From contig NC_091282.1 of the NCBI RefSeq assembly GCF_032444005.1, positions 745,054,001 to 745,118,000 on the forward strand: a DNA stretch of 64,000 nt, in the 5' to 3' direction. This DNA comes from Ranitomeya imitator (lineage: Eukaryota). A model generated the notes under the pieces. The model was given only the letters and a program-made list of their open reading frames with translations, was not told where the DNA came from and ran no database searches. Below are positions 35,756 to 47,760 of this stretch, piece by piece (the first letter of the stretch is position 1; every line of letters begins with the position of its first letter). Position numbers and translations under genes: made by a program.

Positions 35756-36553
35756 GGAATATGCAAATTAGCCTCCTGAAGCTTGAATCCCTGGTTTGGT
35801 GATGCTTTCGAAGCAGCTGGTCCCGGCTGTACCCAACGATCTTCTAGCTTAGGGAGACTTCGCTTCTCCCAGAAGGCACCTGGAATATGCAAATTAGCCT
35901 CCTGAAGCTTGAATCCCTGGTTTGGTGATGCTTTCGAAGCAGCTGGTCCCGGCTGTACCCAACGATCTTCTAGCTTAGGGAGACTTCGCTTCTCCCAGAA
36001 GGCACCTGGAATATGCAAATTAGCCTCCTGAAGCTTGAATCCCTGGTTTGGTGATGCTTTCGAAGCAGCTGGTCCCGGCTGTACCCAACGATCTTCTAGC
36101 TTAGGGAGACTTCGCTTCTCCCAGAAGGCACCTGGAATATGCAAATTAGCCTCCTGAAGCTTGAATCCCTGGTTTGGTGATGCTTTCGAAGCAGCTGGTC
36201 CCGGCTGTACCCAACGATCTTCTAGCTTAGGGAGACTTCGCTTCTCCCAGAAGGCACCTGGAATATGCAAATTAGCCTCCTGAAGCTTGAATCCCTGGTT
36301 TGGTGATGCTTTCGAAGCAGCTGGTCCCGGCTGTACCCAACGATCTTCTAGCTTAGGGAGACTTCGCTTCTCCCAGAAGGCACCTGGAATATGCAAATTA
36401 GCCTCCTGAAGCTTGAATCCCTGGTTTGGTGATGCTTTCGAAGCAGCTGGTCCCGGCTGTACCCAACGATCTTCTAGCTTAGGGAGACTTCGCTTCTCCC
36501 AGAAGGCACCTGGAATATGCAAATTAGCCTCCTGAAGCTTGAATCCCTGGTTT
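35756..36553 (-). repeat. 126-bp tandem monomers (6.3 copies) forming the CR1 5' UTR
   Basis: Units start at 35756, 35882, 36008, 36134, 36260, 36386 and 36512 and appear identical by eye. Confidence 0.97.
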
Positions 36554-36583
36554 CTAAGTTCCATTAGGAACTTAGCCTAAGTT

Positions 36584-38138
36584 CCATTAGGCTTTTGGAA
36601 CGGGTACCCCCCTGATGGTTTATGTAGGATACTACTACCTGATTGTCTGACATCACTCTTACGTGGTGAGATTGAAGGACCCCCGAGAATTCCTGAAGGG
36701 CAAATTTTACGGCCAGGAGTTCCTTCATATTGGAGGAACTGTTTGCCAGGGAAGGGGACCAAATGCCCTGAGCTACCAAGTCGCCCAGATGAGCTCCCCA
36801 CCCTGAGGGGCTTGCGTCCGTAGTTAGGACCTTTGATATTGGGATCACCCATGGAACTCCCTGGGAAAGATTTTCCCGCAACGTCCACCAAATCAGAGAG
36901 TGATTGGTGCGAGGAGATAATGTTAACCGCCCTTCTAAATACTCTCCTAGGAGGATTTGCTCTGAAAGTAGCTGCCATTGGAGATCTCTTGAGTGTCGTT
37001 GGGCCCACTGGACCGCAGGAATGCACGAGGTCATAGAGCCCAACAGGGACATGCCCTGACGGAGAGTTATAGAGGGGAGAGATTGTACTCTTAACGCTAA
37101 ACTCATTATCTTTTGTATCTTGCTCTCTGGGAGCCGGCATTCCATTTTCCTGGAGTCTAGAGTGAGACCTAGGTACTCCTGAACCTGAGAAGGCACCAGT
37201 CTGGATTTCTCTAGGTTTATTAGCCAGCCCAGGTCTTTTAGAGAGTGAATCACTAAATCTAGCTGATTCATACAATGTTGCGGGGAGGAGCCTATCACCA
37301 AAAAATCGTCCAGATATGGTACGATCAGGGTGTTTTCTTCCCTGAGGTGAGCCATTACCTCCACGACCAGTTTTGTAAAGACCCTCGGGGCTATTGCTAG
37401 GCCAAATGGTAGGGCTGTGAACTGGAAGTGACTTAGGACTCCCTTGATGTGGATTGCCATTCTCAGGAATCTTTGGTGATCCTTGTGTATTGGGACGTGA
37501 TAATACGCGTCCTTCAGGTCCAGGACCACCATGAAGCATTGAGGAAACAGCATTTTGATTGATGACTTTATTGTTTCCATCTTGAACGCCTGAACCTCTA
37601 GGTAATTGTTTAGGTTCCTCAAATTGATAATAGTCCTGAAGGAACCGTCTGGTTTCTTTCTCAGGAATAGAGGGGAATAGTACCCTTGCCCTCTTTCTTG
37701 AGGGGGAACTTCCAGGAGTACTCCTTTTTTTACTAACCCCACAATCTCTTTCTCCAGTGTTAACTGTTCTTCTGCCGAGGATCTCATAGGTGTTATCTTG
37801 AAAGAGGGACGAGGGTACCTCTTGAATGTTAATCTTAGTCCTGATTTTATGATACTTAAGATCCATTGACTGGAGGTGATCTTTTCCCAGGCTGGGAGAA
37901 AGAGGGATAATCTCCCTCCCACCTGGGGCGAACCTTCATTGTGGAGGTTTCTTGTTGTCATTGAGGTTTTTGTTAAAGATGAACCCTTTATTCTTCGTCT
38001 TCTTATCTTCCCACTTCCCCTGGCCTCTCCCTGGAATCTTACGGAAAAACCTCTTGTTCCGAAAGGGCTTTCTATAAGAAGGGAGACCCAGAGAGGGGAA
38101 GGACTTTTTCTTGTCTCCTGCTTTTTCCAGGATGTCAT
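36584..38138 (-). CDS. DIRS reverse transcriptase/RNase H (5' part)
   Basis: LDLKDAYYHV, LPFGL..APRVFTK, YLDD, TTDASPSGWG and ELLAV...SDN motifs. Confidence 0.95.
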
Positions 38139-39177
38139 CTAGAGTTGACCCGAACAGAAACTCTCCTTCACAAGGGATGGTGCACAATTTCGTTTTTGTC
38201 TGTAGGTCGCCCGGCCAATTCTTAAGCCAGAGAGCACGTCTAGCCGCATTAGCAAACACTGCTGCTCTGGCGGATAGCCTGATGGAGTCGGCTGAGGCGT
38301 CGGCTAGAAAAGCCGCGGCCCCTCTCATTACGGGTAGTGTGTTTAGAATTGAGTCCCGGGAAGTTTTCCCCTTCAATTGACCTTCTAGTTGGTTTAGCCA
38401 GATCATCAGCGAGCGTGAAGTACATGCTGCTGCAACTGCTGGCTTCAGGCCTCCTCCCGCTGCCTCCCAAGAGCCCTTGAGAAATGCATCTGCCTTTTTG
38501 TCCATTGGGTCCTTCAGAACCCCCATGTCCTCAAACGGGAGGGCGAATTTCTTTGAGGCTTTAGCAATTGCCACGTCTAATTTGGGGGCCTTTTCCCAAA
38601 AGGAGCATGATTCCTCCTCAAAGGGGTATTTCCTTTTTGGCGTCAAGAGAGTCTTCCTCACGGGCTTCTTCCATTCCTTCTTAATTAAGGCCGTGATTGC
38701 TTCGTTAAGCGGGAAAGCTCTTCTCTTTTTCTGTTCTAGGCCCCCAAACATGATGTCTTGTACTGTTTTTTTAGGATGGGAGTCTACCAACCCCATGGTA
38801 CTTCTCACCGCCTTTATGAGGCCATCAGTATCCTCTAGAGGGAAACAATTATGTCCCCCAGAGGAAGAAGTAGATGATGCAGATGAATCAGAGGAGGGTG
38901 AAGACATTGAACTCTCACTATCACTTTCGGATTTCGAGACCGGAGATGGGGACCTGTGTTTGGACTTCCTCCTTTTTTTCCCACTTTTTAGTGACCTAAA
39001 GGTGTCCTCCACTTGCTCCTTAATTAGGGTTTTAAGATCTGTTGCAAACCCTGGAAGGTTTTCAGATACAGTCTGCTGAATGCAGGTATTGCATAGTCTC
39101 TTATCCCATGTAGGTGGAAGATCCTCTCTACAGATGGCGCAACTTTTGTGCTTAGTTTTAGCTACGCTTTTCCTCCC
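37936..39177 (-). CDS. DIRS gag-like ORF1 with an N-terminal CxxC...CxxC motif
   Basis: The frame is open from 39177 (GRKSVAKTKHKSCAICRED...LCNTC) through a Ser-rich region, PKLDVAI...DPMDKKAD and RRALWLKNW...FGSTLD. The true start is upstream and unresolved. Confidence 0.8.
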   Translation of the reverse strand, partial: GRKSVAKTKHKSCAICREDLPPTWDKRLCNTCIQQTVSENLPGFATDLKTLIKEQVEDTFRSLKSGKKRRKSKHRSPSPVSKSESDSESSMSSPSSDSSASSTSSSGGHNCFPLEDTDGLIKAVRSTMGLVDSHPKKTVQDIMFGGLEQKKRRAFPLNEAITALIKKEWKKPVRKTLLTPKRKYPFEEESCSFWEKAPKLDVAIAKASKKFALPFEDMGVLKDPMDKKADAFLKGSWEAAGGGLKPAVAAACTSRSLMIWLNQLEGQLKGKTSRDSILNTLPVMRGAAAFLADASADSIRLSARAAVFANAARRALWLKNWPGDLQTKTKLCTIPCEGEFLFGSTLDDILEKAGDKKKSFPSLGLPSYRKPFRNKRFFRKIPGRGQGKWEDKKTKNKGFIFNKNLNDNKKPPQ

Positions 39178-40598
39178 CTAAAAGAGACAAATAACACTCT
39201 TACTGTCTCTGACATTCACGAAGATCCACTTACCACCTCCAGGACCCATAAATACCGGTTGGGGGTTTTCTGCCTCTGGCTTTCTCCCCGACGCCGTACT
39301 GGACTCCTTACTGTGTTGAGACCTTTGGCGTTCCTTGCTGGTGTCCTGGTGTCCCTTCTGCTGTCGCCTTTTTTGCTGCTGCTGCTGCTGCTGTGGCGAT
39401 GTTGCAGGTGGAGGTGATTCGGGCAAAGGTGATGCCGGATTACTCATACTGCTGCTGTTTGCAGATGCTGCCTCGAGCTTGGCTGAGCTAGCGCTTTTAT
39501 CTCTTGAGGCTCCTGCTTTTTACTGCAGAGCCACTGGGAGGAAGTAGATTCTCCTATTTGAATCCTCCCGCTGTCCGCACCTGCGCAGAAGCGAGCGCTG
39601 AACGCCGGCGCCTGCGCAATAACTCCTACATGGTCCCTAACAGCCGCCTGCTAGCGCCTGCGCAAATCGTACCAAACTGACGGCCGGGCCACGCCGGCGC
39701 CTGCGCAGAGCGCACCAGGCGCCCGGCCGGCAGATCCGCCGGAACCTGTGCTAAGCGTCCGGCCGGAAACATACCGGCCGCTGCATGCGCCCCAGCGCCC
39801 GGCCGGAACCCCGCCTGCGCAGAGCGCAACAGGCACCCGGCCGGAAGTCCCGCCGGCGCCTGCGCAGAACGCACCCGGAAATACACCGGCGCCTGCATGG
39901 AACGCACAAGCACCCGGTCGGAAGCCTGCATATACCGGCGCACAAGCGCACCGCGAGACCACCTAGATCCCGGCGTGCTGGAGGCAGAAAGGCGCTGCTG
40001 ACCGGCACCCCCAGTCCTATGCAGCCCTGTAGCGCTTTCTCTGCACGCCCGATGGCAGTGCAGCGTGCAGACTTATGCTAGTTTTAGGGAGGGTTGCGCT
40101 GCACCTCCCACAACCACAGAGGGACCCCCCTGGATGTTGTCGCTGCTGCATCTTACCTGGGGAGGTGACCGCGAATTCCTTGTCACCTCCCCCGCACACC
40201 CTGTCGGCTCACAGCTCCCAGCGGTGGCGCTTCGGGTCACCACCCTAGCCGAGGCAGAGGGACCCCAGCTGCCTGAATCGGACTGGTTGGCCCCGGAATT
40301 CCAACGATGACTGGTAAGTCCGTAGGTCTCCCATCAAGGACAGGAAACCAACTGATGCAGGAGAGTGGTACCGCCTTTTTATCCGTAGGTTTCCTGTCCT
40401 TGGTGGGCGGATCCCCTCTCTCCGTGGTGCCGTCATGGGCGATCAGAGAAATACGGATTACACACGGACAAGCAGTGTGACTTGCGAGAAATACGCAGCG
40501 CTGTTAGAGAGAAAAGCCGGTAATTCAGTGCGGTGTACAGTAAAATCACACTGACAGCTTACAGTAGAATAGGTAGAATAAATGTGTACACATAGAAT

Positions 40599-40642
<44 letters not shown>

Positions 40643-43113
40643 CAGTGAGACACATATATGTATATATATATTAATATTTATTCCAGCGCTATACAGCTTG
40701 AAAGCCGGTAATTCAATTACCGGCTTTTTCTTTCTCCTTCCTAAAACCCGACATGATTTGAGACATGGTTTACATACAGTAAACCATGTCTTCTCTCCAT
40801 TTTTTTTGCAGATTCCACACTACTAATGTCAGTAGAGTGTATCTGCAAAATTTGGCCGTTCTAGCTCTTAAAATAAAGGGTTAAATGGCGCAATTTTCTC
40901 CGCCAGAGTAGTAAAGCCAGTGACTGAGGGCAGATATTAATAGCCTGGAGAGGGTCCATGGTTATTGGCCCCCCTGGCTAAAAATATCTGCCCCCAGCCA
41001 CCCCAGAAAAGGCACATCTGGAAGATGCGCCTATTCTGGCACTTGGCCACTCTCTTCCCATTCCCGTGTAGCGGTGGGATATGGGGTAATGAAGGGTTAA
41101 TCCCACCTTGCTATTGTAAGGTGACATTAAGCCTAATTAATAATGGAGAGGCGTCAATTATGACACCTATCCATTATTAATCCAATTGTAGTAAAGGGTT
41201 AAAAAAAACACAAACACATTATTTAAAATTATTTTAATGAAATAAAAACAATGGTTGTTGGAGTATTTTATTCTACGCCCAATCCAGTCACTGAAGACCC
41301 TCGTTCTGTAAAAGAAAAAACATAATAAACCAACAATATACTTACCCTCCGCAGATCTGTAACGTCCAACGATGTAAATCCTTCTGAAGGGGTTAAAACC
41401 TTTTGCAGCAAGGAGCTTTGCTAATGCAGGCTGCTCCTCGCTGCAAAACCCCGGGGAATGAGTCTCAATATAGATCAATGATCTATATTTAGCTTCATTT
41501 GCGGTGAGGTGCCCTCTGCTGGCTGTTCATAGATCGTGGGAGCTTACCTAGAAAGCCTGGGAGCCCACGCCAATTTTTTCCGCCATTTAACCCTTTATTT
41601 TAAGAGCTAGAACGGCCAAATTTTGCAGATACACTCTACTGACATTAGTAGTGTGGAATCTGCAAAAAAAATGGAGAGAAGACATGGTTTACTGTATGTA
41701 AACCATGTCTCAAATCATGTCGGGTTTTAGGAAGGAGAAAGAAAAAGCCGGTAATTGAATTACCGGCTTTCAAGCTGTATAGCGCTGGAAAAAATATTAA
41801 TATATATACATATATGTGTCTAATGACATATATATATATATATATAGACAGTATATATATATTTTTTTTTCTTTTTGGGACACATGGATCATTTCTATAG
41901 CGGTATGTTGGTTTTGCAAGCCTGCGAGAAAACCACGCAGTACGGATGCCATACGGAGGATGCCATGCGCAAAAAACGCTGACACACCCTGCCTACGGAG
42001 GAGCTACGGACCACTATTTTCGGGACATTTCAGCGTATTACGGCCGTAATATACGGACCGTATTTTCATACGCTGAGTGTGAAGCCGGCCTTAGGATGGT
42101 TTCACATTTGCGTTTTTTTTTTTTTTGCTGGTTGTCCTCATATGAACTCGAGCCTGGGAACTTTTCTGAATTTTTCCCACGCTCGAAGGACATCCAGCAG
42201 AGGGCGCCTCACCGCGAATGAAGGTAACTACAGGTCATTGACCTAGTTTCCATTCATTCGCTGGGGTTTTACAGTCAGGAGCATAGCTGAATTATAGCAG
42301 AGATCCTGGCTGTAAAAAAAATTAACCCCTTCAGATGGATTTACCACGTGGGACGTTACAGATCCTCGGAAGGTATGTATATTGTTGGTTTATTATTTTT
42401 TCTTTGTCACAGAGCGAGGGTCTTCAGCCAGTGGATTGAGCGTACAATAAAATATTACAACAAACGGTGTGTTTATTTCATTAAAATACTTTTTAATAAT
42501 GTGTGTTTTTTTTTAACTCTTTCATACTATTGGATTAATAATGGATAGGTGTCATAATTGACGCCTCTCCATTATTAATCTGGCTTAATGTCACCTTACA
42601 ATAGCAGGGTGGCATTAACCCTTCATTACCCCATATCCCACGGCTACACGGGATTGGGAAGAGAGTGGCCAAGTGCCAGAATAGGCACATCTTCCAGATG
42701 TGCCTTTTCTGGGGTGGCTGGGGGGGCAGATGTTTTTAGCCAGGGGGGGGCCAATAACCATGGACTCTCTCCAGGCTATTAATATCTGCCCTCAGTCACT
42801 GGCTTTACTACTCTGACGGAGAAAATTGCGCGGGAGCCCACGCCAGTTTTTTTCCACCATTTAACCCTTTAATAGCTAGAACGGCCAAATTTTGCACATA
42901 CACACTACTAACATAAGTAGTGTGGAATATGCAAAAAAAAAAAAGGTGATATGACATGGTTTACTGTATGTAAACCATGTCTCATATCATGTCGGGTTTA
43001 GGAAGGAGATAGCAAAAGCCGGCAATTGAATTACCGGCTTTAAAGCTATATAGCGCTGGATGAAATAATATATATACACACATGTGTCTCAATGACATAT
43101 ATATATATGTATA

Positions 43114-43145
<32 letters not shown>

Positions 43146-43524
43146 CCTATTCTATGTGTACACATTTATTCTACCTATTCTATTGTAAGCTGTCAGTGTG
43201 ATTTTACTGTACACTGCACTGAATTACCGGCTTTTCTCGCTAACACCGCTGCGTATTTCTCGCAAGTCACACTGCTGGTCCGTGTGTAATCCGTATTTTT
43301 TGGGCCACCATAGACTTGCATTGGCGATTTTTTTTTGTGCAATACGGTGACAAACAGCATGCTGCAATTTTCTACGGCCGTAGAAAGCCGTATAATACGG
43401 ATCAGTAAAATACGGCGGATAGGAGCTGGGGCATAGAGAATAATTGGGCCGTGTGTAATGCGTGTTTTACGGATGTATTTAATGCGCTAATAAGTCCGTA
43501 AAACTCGCTAGTGTGACGCCGGCC

Positions 43525-46500
43525 TTAGGGTTGGGATTAGGGTTAGGGGTGTGTTGGGGTTGGAGTTAGAATTGAGGGGGTTTCCACTGTTTAGGCACAT
43601 GAGGGGCTCTCCATATGCGACATGGCGTCCGATCTCAATTCCAGCAAATTCTACTGTATCCTCACCCATCCCTTGTAGATTGTGAGCCTTCGCGGGCAGG
43701 GTCCTCTCTCCTGTACCAGTTGTGACTTGTATTGTTCAAGATTATTGTACTTGTTTTTATTATGTATACCCCTCCTCACATGTAAAGCGCCATGGAATAA
43801 ATGGCGCTATACTAATAAATAATAATTCTGCGTTGAAAAAGTAAAACGGTGCTCCTTCCGTTCCAAGCTCTGCAGTGCCCCCAAACGGGTTTACCCCCAC
43901 ATATGGTGTATCAGTGTACTCAAGACAAATTGGACAACAACTTTTGCAGTCCAATCTCTCCTGTTACCCTTGGGAAAATACAAAATTGGAGCTAAAAAAT
44001 AATTTTTTATTTTCACGGCTCTGCATTATAAACTAAACTAGTGAAACACTTGGGGGTTCTCACAACACATCTAGATAAGTTCCCTGGGGGGTCTAGTTGC
44101 CAATATGGGGTCACTTGTTGGGGGTTTCTACTGTTTAGGTACATCAGCGGCTCTTCAAACGCAACATGATGCCTGCAGAGCATTCCATCAAAGTCTGCAT
44201 TCCAAAACGGCGTTCCTTCCCTTCCGAGCGCTGTCCTGCGCCCAAACGGTGGTTCCCCCCCACATATGGGGTATCAGCGTACTCAGGACAAATTGCACAA
44301 CTACTTTTGGGGTCCAATTTCTCCTGATACCCTTCGGAAAATAAAAAATTGCTGGCTAAAATATCATTTTTGTGGAAACTTTTTTTTTTTTTAATTTTCA
44401 CGGCTTCACATTATAAACTTATGAAACAATTGGGGGTTCAAAGTGCTCACCACACATGTAGATAAGTTCCTTGGGTGGTCTACTTTCCAAAATGGTGTCA
44501 CTTGGGGGTTTCCACTGTTTAGGCACATCAGGGACTCTCCAAACGCAACATGGTGTCTGATCTCAATTCCAGCCAATTTTGCATTGAAAAGTAAAACGGC
44601 GCTCCTTCCCTTCCGAGCTCTGCCATGCGCCCAAACAGTGGTTTACCCCCACATATGGGCAGGGCCGGCGTTTGGCACAGGCAGACCAGGCAGTCGCCTG
44701 GGGCCCCCACCTAGAAAGGGTGCCCCCTGCCTCTGCAGCCCCTGTATGAAGTGCCCAGAGGGTGTACAGCAGTGAAGCAGCAGTCCCAGAACGTGTCTCC
44801 CAAACCCCCTTGAGACCCCCTCAGTGCTTTGATTTACTCATGTGGTCAGGAGCTCTGTGATGATTGCTGTAGGATCAGGTTTCACAGTCACATACAGCAG
44901 GGATCAGCATGGGCTCTGACCAGTCACTAAATCATTGCTTGTAATCTGATAGGGCGACGTCCTGTCACTACTGTCTGGATGACACAAGACAGGAATATTG
45001 TCTGCTGAATCAGGGCCTTTATTATATACAAATAAATGATTTCCCACGTGAAATAATAAGGATAAACCATACACATATATAGTACAGGTGTGCATAGGAA
45101 TCAGCGTTTTTGGTACTTTTTTTTTTTTGCAGCCATAGCCTGCTCTCTTGGCAATAAAAACACTGCTTTCAAAACACCCATTTTTTAGGGTATGTGCAGA
45201 GGATCCGGAAATGGCAGCCCTTTGGATGCAGCAGACATGTGCTGCGTCCAAAGTGCTGCCATCTTTTGAACACAGGTGATTCTGCGTGTGTTCATTGAAC
45301 CGTGTGGAATCCCTGCGTCCTATACATTGCAGGGGTGAGATTTCTCTTCCGGAGACTGCGTCTGCGCAAGATAAATTGACATGCTGGGGTCTGGAGAGAC
45401 GCAGTTGTGAAATTCAGTCAACGGAAAATAAAAGGGTGTGCAGGAGATTTCTGAAAATCTCAGTTTTTGCTTGTGTTGTAAACTGCTGTAAACTTATTAT
45501 TTGCAGAAGAAAAAGCTGCAAAAATTCTGCCTATGAACAAGGCCAAAAGCTGCTTTTCAAAGTGCCAGCAGTGACCCTGCATACAGCTAATAGTGGCAGA
45601 CCCATTGGCCGATATAAGGCCCCTAAATATGGGGGCCACAATGCAATGTTATCATTTGGGGCCACCACTTTAAATTTTTGCCTAGGGCCCCACTTTGTCT
45701 AAAACCGGCCCTGCATATGGGGTATCAGCGTACTCAAGACAAATTGCACAACCACTTTTGGCGTCCAATTTCTCCTGTTACCCTTGGGAAAATAAAACAA
45801 ATTGGATCTGAAGTAAATTTTTTGCAAAAAAAGTTGTGTTCATTTTTTTTTTTTTACGCCGTTCTGCCATTAGATGTACTATCCCGTCGAGGTGACCTGG
45901 GACTTAATTCCCAGGGACGGGACAGTACGTCATAGGCGATCGGCCGCGCTCACGGGGGGAGCGCGGCCGAGTGTCAGCTGATTATTACAGCTGACATCCG
46001 GCACTATGTGCCAGGAGTGGTCACGGACCGCTCCTGGCACATTAACCCCCTGGACACTTCGATCAAACATGATCGCAGCATTCCGGCGGCATAGGGAAGC
46101 ATTACGCAGGGAAGGGGCTCCCTGCGTGCTTCCCTGAGACCCTTGGAACAACGCGATGTGATCGCATTGTTCCGAGGGTCTCTTCCCTGCAGGCTCCGGA
46201 TCCAAGATGGCCATGGGGGGGGGGGCCTTCCGGGTCCTGCAGGGAAGTGGCTTGCAAGCGCCTGCTTAGAGCAGGTGCCGGCAAGCCTGCAGCACTGCCT
46301 GTCAGATCGCTTACATGTGTAAAAAAAAAAAAAATCCTAAATAAATAAAAAAAGAAAAAATATTGTTCCAATAAATACATTTCCCCTTTAGTGAACACCG
46401 TAAAAAAAAAAAAAGAGCCAAAAAACAATGCTTTATCATCATACCGCCGAACAAAAAGTGGAATAACACGTGATCAAAAAGACGGATATATATTAACATC

Positions 46501-47760
46501 ATCTTGTCCCGCAAAAAACGAGCCGCCATACAGCGTTGAAAAAGTAAAACTGTGCTACTTCCCTACTTCCCTTCCAAGCTCTGCCGTGCGCCCCTAACAG
46601 TGGTTTACCCCCACATATGGGGTATCAGCGTACTCAGGACAAATTGGACAACTTTTGGGGTCCAATTTCTCCTGTTACCCTTGGGAAAAAACAAAACTGG
46701 GCTAAAAAATCTTTGTGGGAAAAATTTGTTTTTATTTTCACGTCTCTGCGTTATAAACTGTAGTGAAACACTTGGGGGGGTTAAAAGTTCTCACAGCATA
46801 TCTAGATAAGTTCCTTGGGGGGTCTAGTTTCCAATATGGGGTCAGTTGTGGGGGGGGGGTTCTATTGTTTAGGTACGTTTGCATTCCAAAATGCCACTTC
46901 TTCCCTTCCTGAGCTCTGCAATGCTCCCAAACAGTAGTTTTCTCCCACATATGGGGAATCAGTGTACTCAGGAAAAATTGGACATCAACTTTTGGGGTCC
47001 AATTTTTCCTGTTACCCTTGGAAAAATACAAAACCGGGGCTAAAAAATCATTTGTGGAAAAAAAATGATAATTTTCACGGCTCTACATTATAAACTTCTG
47101 TGAAGCACTTGGGGGTTCAAAGTGCTCACCACACATCTAGATCAGTTCCTTAGGGGGTCTACTTTCCAAAATGGGGTCACTTTTGGGGGGTTTCCCCTGT
47201 TTAGGCACATCAGGGGCTCTCCAAACGAGACATGGCATCCTCAATTCCAGCCAATTTTGCATTGAAAAGTCAAATGGCACTCCTTCCCTTCCGAGCTCTG
47301 CAATGCGCCCAACAAGTAGTTTACCCCCACATATGGGGTATCGGAGTACTCAGGACAAATTGTACAACAACTTTTGGGGTCCAATTTCTCTTGATACCCT
47401 TGGTGAAATAAAACAAATTGGATCTGAAGTAATTTTTTTGTGAAAAAAAGTTAAATGTTCATTTTTTTTTAAACATTCCAAAAATTCCTGTGAAACACCT
47501 GAAGGGTTAATAAACTTCTTGAATTTGGTTTTGAGCACCTTGAGGGGTGCAGTTTTTAGAATAGTGTCACAATTGGGTATTTTCTATCATATAGACCCCT
47601 CAAAGTGACTTCAAATGTGATGTGGTCCTTAAAAAAAATGGTGTTGTAAAAATGAGAAATTGCTGGTCAACTTTTAACCCTTAACTCCCTAACAAAAGTT
47701 TTAGTTCCAAAATTGTGCTGATGTAAAGTAGACATGTTACTTATTAAATCAATTTATGTC
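43525..47760 (-). mobile_element. Partial, reverse-oriented copy of the large TTAA element family (cf. 52735-56735) with internal ~0.4-kb repeats
   Basis: Reverse complement of the degenerate CCCTAA tract and the repeated CCCCACATATGGGGTATCAG units. Boundaries are approximate. Confidence 0.7.
44660..45713. mobile_element. Non-autonomous hAT element
   Basis: Ends CAGGGCCGG and CCGGCCCTG; 8-bp TSD CATATGGG (44652-44659, 45714-45721). Confidence 0.9.

Larger units (their letters stand above)
31676..36553 (-). mobile_element. Apparently full-length CR1 LINE
   Basis: 3' tail (CTATGTTA)n at 31676-31700, intact ORF1 and ORF2, and a 5' monomer array; no TSD. Confidence 0.96.
29741..40451 (-). mobile_element. 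DIRS1-like tyrosine-recombinase retrotransposon, full length, interrupted by CR1
   Basis: Inverted terminal repeats (~29765-29870 vs ~40345-40451), internal complementary region at 30021-30102, and gag, RT/RNaseH/MT and YR ORFs. Confidence 0.95.
29514..42090 (+). mobile_element. Non-autonomous Harbinger element split by the DIRS insertion
   Basis: Perfect TIR GGCCGGCTTCACACT and TTA TSD (29511-29513, 42091-42093). The sequence across 29740/40452 is collinear with the left end of the 23914 element (24101-24175). Confidence 0.9.

Noticed and set aside
35756-36553. Regular repeats resembling a CRISPR array, or a genuine repeat-protein gene (298 aa)
   Set aside because: Contiguous 126-bp units with no spacers in eukaryotic DNA. 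The ORF exists only because one frame of the unit lacks stops and a junction ATG was created.
40655-41815. ~230-bp near-perfect inverted repeat pair
   Set aside because: The same block recurs in the neighbouring family copy (42850-43070), so it is the element's built-in symmetric structure rather than a local novelty.
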